This document shows, piece after piece, positions 57,758 through 64,000 of a DNA stretch of 64,000 bases. Every line of letters starts with the position of its first letter. Position 1 is the stretch's first letter. Source of the DNA: an uncultured Acidobacteriota bacterium (GTDB lineage: Bacteria > Acidobacteriota > Terriglobia > Acidiferrales > UBA7541); contig CAWGRE010000005.1 in assembly GCA_963824925.1 (NCBI GenBank), forward strand, positions 311,619 through 375,618. Direction: 5' to 3'. The notes beneath the pieces were generated by a model. That model was given only the letters and a program-made list of their open reading frames with translations. It ran no database searches and was not told the DNA's origin. The translations under genes and the position numbers were made by a program.

Positions 57758-60004
57758 ATGGCCACTACTTCCTCAAGTCCGGCGCAAGCGCTTCCCGCGG
57801 AATCTTTCTTTCGCGCGGCGCTGTTTTTTCTGGTGCTGACGGCGGTGCTGACGCTGGTAAGCACGGGGAAGCTCGATCTTTTCACAACCGTGCTCGCGCC
57901 CCTGGCCGTTCTCTATAAAGGTTTTCGCTGGTGGCGTGGAGATGGCCCGGAATTGCAGCAAGGCACCGCGACGCGCCTGGTGATTGTGTTTTTGGTGGTG
58001 TTCCCACTGGACGCGTTATTTATTTCGCGCAATCTGGTGGCGGGCACGGTGAATGTGGGCTTGTATGCCGCGTTGCTGGCCGCGGTGCATTTTCTGTTAA
58101 TCGTGACTGTGCTGCGGCTCTACAGCGCCACCACGGACCGCGACGCGATGTTCCTGGCGATGCTTTCCTTCGCCTCCGTGCTGGCCTCCGCTGTGTTCAC
58201 GGTGGATACCAACTTCTTCTTTCTGTTTATCGCCTATTTGTTGTTTGCGGTGGCAACATTTTTGGGTCTGGAGATCCGCCGCAGCGCTTTCGGCGCAGTG
58301 TTTCCCCCGCTGCACGGCGAAGCCTCGCGGGAACGTCGCTTTTACCGGGCCATTTCGCTGGCCGCGCTGAGCGTGGCATTTGGGGCAATCTTTTTCGGCT
58401 CACTGCTGTTTTTCTTTTTTCCCCGCGTGAGCGCCGGTTATTTCGCGCGCACCGGCTTTCAGCCCTCTTTGATGACGGGATTCACGGACAGTGTGGAACT
58501 CGGCCAGATTGGCGAAATCAAACGAGACAATACCGTGGTGATGCGAGTGCAAACCGGGCATCCCGTGGATTATCCCCTGCTCCGCTGGCGCGGCATCGCG
58601 CTGACGAACTTTGACGGCAGGCGGTGGTTCGAGAAAGACAAGACGCGCGATCTACTTTCCTCCGGGCAGGGAGGCTGGGTTACGTTCGATTCTCCCTATG
58701 CCATGAAAGTACCCATTGCGGGTCAGTTGCGTTTCACCATCCTGCTGCAGCCGATGGCCAGCGACGCCATTTTCGCGCCCGTACAGGTGCTGCAATTGCG
58801 CGGCAATTTTTCCAGCGACCCGAGCCGTTATAACGCGGAACCCCATTTCAGCGCGTTGGGCGTGGATGACACCGGATCCATTTCCAACCCGTCGCGGAAT
58901 TTCTCACAGATCCGCTACGAAGGGATTTCGCTTTTGCCCACCGCGCGACCCGCAAAGGCGCGCACCGCGGGAACGGACTATCCGCCGGAAATTCGCGAAA
59001 CCTATCTGCAATTGCCGGAAAAACTCGACGCGCGCATCCCCGAACTTGCGAAAAAAATTACGGCCACCGCCAACAATCCATTCGACAAAGCCATCGTGCT
59101 GGAGAATTACCTGCGGCGCACTTACGGCTACACGCTGAATCTTGCCGGAAAGCCCGGCGCCGACCCGCTGGCGCAATTTCTTTTTGTTACCAAAGCCGGG
59201 CACTGCGAGTATTTCGCTTCGGCGATGGCGGTGATGCTGCGGACGCTGGATATTCCTTCACGGGAAGTGAATGGTTTTCTTCCGGGCGAGTTTAACGACG
59301 TGGCCGGGGATTACATTGTGCGCGCCAGCGACGCGCACAGCTGGGTGGAGGCCTATTTCCCGGGCAGCGGGTGGATTACGTTTGACCCAACGCCCGCGTC
59401 GGACAGCACGCAGTACGGCCTGTTTTCAAGGCTGAATCTTTATCTGGACTGGATGCAACTGAACTGGAACGAGTGGGTGGTCAATTACGATTGGGCGCAT
59501 CAATCGCTGCTGGCGCACAACGTGAAGCAGAATTCCACGGATTATAGTGGCTCGATCCGGCGGTGGTTCCGGCGCGAGCAGGATCGCGGCATGGCGGGAT
59601 TGATTTCCTGGCAAAGCTCGCATTCCTACCTGCGCGGGCTGTTTCCGGTGGCGCTGGTTTTGCTGCTGGTGGTGCTGCGGATGGACTGGATTCGGGCTTT
59701 TTTCCGGTGGCTGAGCTTGTCTGTCCAGATTCGGAAGCCCGTTGAGCGGCGAAACAATCCGCAACTGGCTTCGCGGCTTTATGCGGAAATGCTGCGGGTG
59801 CTGGAAAAGCGCGGGTTTTTGAGGAAGGAGACGCAGACGCCGGGAGAATTTGCAGCCACGCTGGCGATGCAGCCTCCGCTGGCTTCGGCGGTGGGGGAGT
59901 TTACGGCGATTTATACGCGGGCGCGGTTTGGCGGAGCGGCTTGCGATGCGCCGCGGTTGCAGGCGCTGTTAGAGGAGATTCGGGCGGTGCCTCGGGGGAG
60001 TTGA
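57758..60004 (+). CDS. Membrane transglutaminase-like protein (TgpA/DUF3488, transglutaminase core, DUF4129)
   Basis: N-terminal TM block, RWRGIAL, GHCEYFASAM (Cys), DAHSWVE (His), FDPT (Asp) and QTPGEFA. Confidence 0.9.
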   Translation: MATTSSSPAQALPAESFFRAALFFLVLTAVLTLVSTGKLDLFTTVLAPLAVLYKGFRWWRGDGPELQQGTATRLVIVFLVVFPLDALFISRNLVAGTVNVGLYAALLAAVHFLLIVTVLRLYSATTDRDAMFLAMLSFASVLASAVFTVDTNFFFLFIAYLLFAVATFLGLEIRRSAFGAVFPPLHGEASRERRFYRAISLAALSVAFGAIFFGSLLFFFFPRVSAGYFARTGFQPSLMTGFTDSVELGQIGEIKRDNTVVMRVQTGHPVDYPLLRWRGIALTNFDGRRWFEKDKTRDLLSSGQGGWVTFDSPYAMKVPIAGQLRFTILLQPMASDAIFAPVQVLQLRGNFSSDPSRYNAEPHFSALGVDDTGSISNPSRNFSQIRYEGISLLPTARPAKARTAGTDYPPEIRETYLQLPEKLDARIPELAKKITATANNPFDKAIVLENYLRRTYGYTLNLAGKPGADPLAQFLFVTKAGHCEYFASAMAVMLRTLDIPSREVNGFLPGEFNDVAGDYIVRASDAHSWVEAYFPGSGWITFDPTPASDSTQYGLFSRLNLYLDWMQLNWNEWVVNYDWAHQSLLAHNVKQNSTDYSGSIRRWFRREQDRGMAGLISWQSSHSYLRGLFPVALVLLLVVLRMDWIRAFFRWLSLSVQIRKPVERRNNPQLASRLYAEMLRVLEKRGFLRKETQTPGEFAATLAMQPPLASAVGEFTAIYTRARFGGAACDAPRLQALLEEIRAVPRGS

Positions 60005-60056
60005 GTTGAAGGGCGGAAGGGCGCCTGTGGCGAAGTTGCGGTGGGCGGATAGAAAG

Positions 60057-60085
60057 TGCGCCCGCCTCGGAAGGCGGCCGCTACA
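60057..60085 (-). repeat. GTAG REP copy (RAYT-cognate class)
   Basis: GCGCCCGCCTCGGAAGGCGGCCGCTACA, matching 51377-51404. Confidence 0.9.
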
Positions 60086-60161
60086 ATAGCGGATCTCGCG
60101 GAGTACATGCTGGCTTCGTGGTAAAATTAGGGGATTGGCGTAAAGGCGCCAATCTCACTGT

Positions 60162-61607
60162 ATGCGTAAGGTTGGATTTGTGTCGCTGGGATGCCCCAAG
60201 AACCTCGTGGATAGCGAGGTGATGATGGGTATTCTTGCGCGCGATGGATACGAACTGACGCCGCGCGCGGATGACGCCGAGATTCTGGTGGTCAACACCT
60301 GCAGTTTCATCGAGTCGGCGCAAAAAGAGTCCGTGGACGCGATCCTGGAAATGGCCGAGCACAAGAAGTTCGGCGCCGCGAAAAAGTTGATCGTGGCGGG
60401 CTGCCTGGTGGAGCGCTACCGCGAGCAGATTCTGGAGCAGATTCCGGAAGTGGATGCGGTGGTCGGCACCGGTGAAGTGGAACGCATCATCGAAGCCGTC
60501 GAAGGGGACCTGAGGGTTCTTCCCGCGCAGCCACCGGCATTCCTCTATCACGATTTCACGCCGCGCATGGTGACCACCCCGAAGCACCAGGCCTACATCA
60601 AAATCGCCGAAGGTTGCGACCATCCGTGCACGTTTTGCATTATTCCCGAGCTGCGTGGAGCATTCCGCAGCCGCCGGTTTGAATCCGTGGTGCGCGAAGC
60701 GGAAAATCTTGCCGCCGCCGGCGCTCGCGAAATTACCTTGATCGGACAGGACACCACTTCCTATGGCGAGGATCTGGGATTGCGTGACGGACTGGCTCAA
60801 TTGCTGGAGCGGCTGGCGCAAGTGGACGACTTGCTGTGGGTGCGCTTTCTTTACGCCTATCCGAACCGCGTGACGCAGAAAATGCTGGATACGCTGGCGG
60901 CCCATCCGCGATTGGCCAAATACGTGGATATGCCGTTGCAACACGCCAGCCGGAACGTGCTGGCGCGGATGAAGCGCGGCTCGCACGGCGATGCTTTCCT
61001 GAAACTGCTGGAGCGCATGCGGGCCACAATTCCCGGCGTGGCGCTGCGGACCAGCTTCATCGTGGGCTTCCCTGGCGAGACCGAGGCGGATTTCCAGGAA
61101 CTTTACGATTTTGTGGCCGCGGCCAAACTCGATTGGATGGGCGTTTTTGAATATTCGGACGTGGACATCGCCGCGAGTTTTCCCTTGGACGGCAAGGTGG
61201 ATGCAGAGACGATCAGCGACCGCCGCAACCGCCTGATGGCGCTGCAGAAGAAAATCTCGCGCGAGAATTTGCGCAAGCTCAAGGGCCGCACGGAAACCGC
61301 GCTGGTGGAAGGGCCTTCGAAGGACAATCCGCTGGTGTGGGAAGCGCGCCTGGAATCCATGGCGCCGGATATTGACGGGAAGCTTTATCTCACCGACATT
61401 GAGATGCCCAATGGCGAAACTGCGGCGACCGGCGATGTGGTTCGGGTGGAAATTACGAAGACCGACGCGTATGACCTGATCGGGCGTGTGGTGGAAATTC
61501 AATCGCGGCTGGCGATTCGGCCGGTGGAGTTGGTCGCGGCTGCGCCGGCGACTCCGGAAAAATTGACGCGGATTGCGACTGGGGCGGCGTTGCGGGTGAT
61601 TGGGTGA
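60162..61607 (+). CDS. rimO: Ribosomal protein S12 methylthiotransferase
   Basis: VSLGCPKNLVDSE, VNTCSFI, AGCLVERY, KIAEGCDHPCTFCIIP (CxxxCxxC) and a C-terminal TRAM domain (APDIDG). Confidence 0.96.
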   Translation: MRKVGFVSLGCPKNLVDSEVMMGILARDGYELTPRADDAEILVVNTCSFIESAQKESVDAILEMAEHKKFGAAKKLIVAGCLVERYREQILEQIPEVDAVVGTGEVERIIEAVEGDLRVLPAQPPAFLYHDFTPRMVTTPKHQAYIKIAEGCDHPCTFCIIPELRGAFRSRRFESVVREAENLAAAGAREITLIGQDTTSYGEDLGLRDGLAQLLERLAQVDDLLWVRFLYAYPNRVTQKMLDTLAAHPRLAKYVDMPLQHASRNVLARMKRGSHGDAFLKLLERMRATIPGVALRTSFIVGFPGETEADFQELYDFVAAAKLDWMGVFEYSDVDIAASFPLDGKVDAETISDRRNRLMALQKKISRENLRKLKGRTETALVEGPSKDNPLVWEARLESMAPDIDGKLYLTDIEMPNGETAATGDVVRVEITKTDAYDLIGRVVEIQSRLAIRPVELVAAAPATPEKLTRIATGAALRVIG

Positions 61608-61648
61608 CGCCGGTCTCTTGGAAGCGGATCCGACTCCCAAGAACGCTT

Positions 61649-61707
61649 GCCTGCCCTTCGAGACTCAGGGTGAACTAGAAGCAGGCGCTACCAAGCCGGC
61701 GCTACAC
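61649..61707 (-). repeat. GTAG REP with nested CCCTGAG..GAAGGG hairpin, plus a second GTAG half-copy
   Basis: Minus strand TGTAGCGCCGGC..GTAGCGCCTGC..CCCTGAGTCTCGAAGGG-CAGGC. Confidence 0.55.
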
Positions 61708-61743
61708 CTCGCGCGCGAGAGGTGGTACAACTATTCCTTCGCC

Positions 61744-61962
61744 ATGAAACACAAATGTCCCATTTGCAAAAGGCCAACGGATTCGGCGACGGACGCGGAT
61801 TTTCCGTTCTGCTCCGAGCGGTGCCGCTTGCAGGATCTGGGAGCATGGGCGGCCGAGAAATACGTAGTCTCTGATCCCATCTTCGACGAAGAAGATATTG
61901 CGGAAGAGGATCGCCGCGCCCCGCGCGAAGACGAGCAGGAAAATAATGACACCATCCACTGA
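61744..61962 (+). CDS. yacG: DNA gyrase inhibitor YacG
   Basis: KCPIC...FPFCSERCRLQDLGAWA.E.Y, followed by an acidic tail. Confidence 0.92.
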   Translation: MKHKCPICKRPTDSATDADFPFCSERCRLQDLGAWAAEKYVVSDPIFDEEDIAEEDRRAPREDEQENNDTIH

Positions 61963-62611
61963 GGTCGCCGTGCCTGCATCCGCACAGCCAGCGGGAAAGC
62001 CGCGATTTGCGTATGCAATTGCCACGGTTTTCGGCACCGGCTATCTGAAGCCCGGGCCGGGCACTTGGGGTTCGCTCGTGGGATTGTTGGTCGCTGTAGT
62101 TTCTCACCCCTTTACGTGGTTTCTCGTCATAAGCAGCAGCCTGGGAATAGGACTTGGAATCGACCTGCCACTGCACTCCGGTGCGCTTGGCCTCGCTGTG
62201 ATTCTGGTCCCCTCGATTGCCGTTTGGCTGTTCGTGGCATTCCTTGGAGTGCGCACCAGCCAGCAAGTGGCGGAATTTGCGGGCGTGAAGGATCCGCAGT
62301 ACGTGGTGATCGACGAAGTTTCTGGAGTGCAGTTGGCTCTAATCCTGGGACTTACTCCGCTCGCTCCCCTGAGCCTGCTCAATTCGGATGAGGCGGCCAC
62401 CTTCGCGCTCTACACGGGCATGAGCATTCTCAACTGGAAATTCCTGCTGGCCGGCTTCCTCCTGTTCCGCCTCTTTGATATCACCAAGCCTTTTCCCTGC
62501 CGGCGCCTGGAAAAACTGCCCGGCGGATGGGGCATCATGGCCGACGACTGGATGGCGGGGATCTACGCTGCCATTTGCCTGCGTCTCGCGTTACACTTTC
62601 ATTGGCTGTAA
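61946..62611 (+). CDS. pgpA: Phosphatidylglycerophosphatase A
   Basis: GPGTWGSL, DPQYVVIDEVSG, FLLFRLFDITKPFP and GGWGIMADDWMAG. Confidence 0.92.
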   Translation: MTPSTEVAVPASAQPAGKPRFAYAIATVFGTGYLKPGPGTWGSLVGLLVAVVSHPFTWFLVISSSLGIGLGIDLPLHSGALGLAVILVPSIAVWLFVAFLGVRTSQQVAEFAGVKDPQYVVIDEVSGVQLALILGLTPLAPLSLLNSDEAATFALYTGMSILNWKFLLAGFLLFRLFDITKPFPCRRLEKLPGGWGIMADDWMAGIYAAICLRLALHFHWL

Positions 62612-62627
62612 ATCACGGGCAAAAGTA

Positions 62628-63677
62628 ATGAAATTCGGGTTTGGCACCACCACAGAGAAGAACGGGATTCCCCACATCGAACGGATTGCGCCCGCAGCCG
62701 CCATTCCGGGTGGTGAAATCGCGATCTTTGGCAGCGGGTTTACGTCGCGGCACGGCGCGCGGCCGCTGGTGCGTTTCGGCGAGGCGGAGGCGCCGCTGGC
62801 GCTGGCCAGCAGCAACCGGTTGATCGCGCGCGTCCCGGACGACGCCAGCGGCAGCAACATCAAGATCGTGAATGCGGAGAAAGAGAGCCAGCCGTTTCCC
62901 GTGGCTCTTGGATTTCAAATTGCGGACAATCTGCATCCCGTGAGCAGCCCCGCCGTGGATTCCGAAGGCAATATTTATGTGACATTCAGCGGGCCGCGCG
63001 GTCAGCGTGTGCCCGTTTCCCTTTATAAAATCAGCTCGAGTTATACAGTGAAGCCGTTCGTGACTTCGCTGATCAATCCCACAGGTCTTGCGCTTGGGCC
63101 CCGCGGCGACCTGTTTGTCTCCTGCCGGCACGACGGCACGATTCATCGCGTCACTCCAGACGGCCGGAGCGAGCAATGGATCGAGGGCATGGGCATCGCG
63201 ACCGGGTTGGCGTTTGATGCGCGCGGGAATTTGTTTGTTGGCGACCGCAGCGGCACAATTTTCAAGATCAGCCCGGAGCGGGAGATTTTTGTGTTCGCCA
63301 CGCTGGAGCCATCCGTTGCGGCGTATCACCTGGCGTTTCATCCCAGCGGAGAGCTTTATGTGAGCGGGCCGACGACTTCGAGCTACGATCGCGTCTATCG
63401 CATCACGCAAAACGGCGAAGTGCATGTGTTTTACCGCGGGCTGGGCCGGCCGCAGGGATTGGCGTTTGACCAGGCAGAGAATCTTTATGTGGTCGCGTCG
63501 CTCGGCGGGCGCCGCGGCATTGTGCGCATCACGCCGCAGGGGCACGCGGAGCATGCGCTGAGCGGCCCGGCGCTGGTCGGGCTGGCGCTGCTGCCGAGCG
63601 GGCGCGGGATTCTGGCGGCGAACAGTGCGCTGTTTACGATTGATTGGAATGTACGCGGCCTGCCGTTGCTCGGGTAG
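62628..63677 (+). CDS. IPT/TIG plus NHL/SMP-30-like beta-propeller protein
   Basis: An Ig-like N-terminus (PGGEIAIFGSGF..LVRFG), then repeats NPTGLALGPRG, ATGLAFDARG and RPQGLAFDQAE; no signal peptide. Confidence 0.75.
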   Translation: MKFGFGTTTEKNGIPHIERIAPAAAIPGGEIAIFGSGFTSRHGARPLVRFGEAEAPLALASSNRLIARVPDDASGSNIKIVNAEKESQPFPVALGFQIADNLHPVSSPAVDSEGNIYVTFSGPRGQRVPVSLYKISSSYTVKPFVTSLINPTGLALGPRGDLFVSCRHDGTIHRVTPDGRSEQWIEGMGIATGLAFDARGNLFVGDRSGTIFKISPEREIFVFATLEPSVAAYHLAFHPSGELYVSGPTTSSYDRVYRITQNGEVHVFYRGLGRPQGLAFDQAENLYVVASLGGRRGIVRITPQGHAEHALSGPALVGLALLPSGRGILAANSALFTIDWNVRGLPLLG

Positions 63678-63728
63678 CGCTTTGGGGCGCCGGATTTTCC
63701 CCCTCGCTGCTGAGCTACAATCATTGAC

Positions 63729-64000
63729 ATGAAAGCGGAAATCATCGCAGTTGGGTCGGAACTGCTCACGCCGGATCGCCTGGACACGAATTCCCTGTTT
63801 CTTACCGAAGAATTGAACAAGCTCGGCATTGAGGTCCTGCGGAAGACCATCGTTGGGGACAATCGGGAACTGCTGGCCGAAGCATTTCGCGACGCCTTAA
63901 ACCGCGTGCCGGTGGTGATTTCGAGCGGCGGGCTGGGTCCCACCGAAGATGACCTGACGCGCGAGACGGTTGCGGAGCTTCTCGGCAGGCGCTTGCAGCG
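63729..64000 (+). CDS. cinA: Competence/damage-inducible protein A, N-terminal part (runs off the window)
   Basis: MKAEIIAVGSELL...DTNS..L...L..LG, VGDN and SGGLGPTEDDLTRE; TACAAT 7 nt upstream of the ATG. Confidence 0.92.
   Translation, partial: MKAEIIAVGSELLTPDRLDTNSLFLTEELNKLGIEVLRKTIVGDNRELLAEAFRDALNRVPVVISSGGLGPTEDDLTRETVAELLGRRLQ

Noticed and set aside
60081-61640. Long antisense ORFs (for example 60081-61640, 8608-10053, 28409-29704, 53866-54861, 25066-26187)
   Set aside because: They are shadow frames opposite well-conserved genes, expected in high-GC DNA, and have no motifs of their own.
10192-61707. CRISPR array
   Set aside because: The repeats are dispersed singly or in pairs rather than regularly spaced with unique spacers, and there are no cas genes.

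Overview
Bacterial chromosomal window, GC-rich and mostly core genes. The gene types suggest Acidobacteriota/Terriglobia, but this is inference, not a computed placement. In order it contains: a GT2-PTPS-PTPS-folE pterin operon; tlpA and pncA; a copper neighbourhood (copC/copD, a MacAB-like exporter lacking an ATPase, copA, csoR with its operator, cutC); a divergent glycolipid-synthase / PHP / PAP2 trio; the dcw cluster (mraZ to ftsZ); a pqqABCDE operon; an MFS transporter; a wHTH-TM-propeller regulator; an ECF sigma/anti-sigma operon; ZIP and ychF; a REP-associated tyrosine transposase (RAYT) flanked by inverted REPs; alkA; vapBC beside tRNA-Val(CAC); moxR-DUF58-(mutY)-transglutaminase; and rimO-yacG-pgpA-NHL-cinA. 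Five genes (copD, copA, ugtP-like, mraY, alkA) carry frameshifts. Because mraY is essential, these are most likely consensus indel errors. The most notable non-routine signals are: (1) the RAYT with about 15 GTAG-type REP copies across the window, some carrying a nested second hairpin module; (2) a roughly 200-nt structured transcript between a sigma54-type promoter and an intrinsic terminator; (3) 11-bp-periodic PhoB/OmpR-like repeats driving a candidate phospholipid-to-glycolipid remodelling module; (4) tandem PTPS-II genes coupled to a glycosyltransferase. Start codons were chosen by eye and function calls rest on recognised motifs; no database searches were run.
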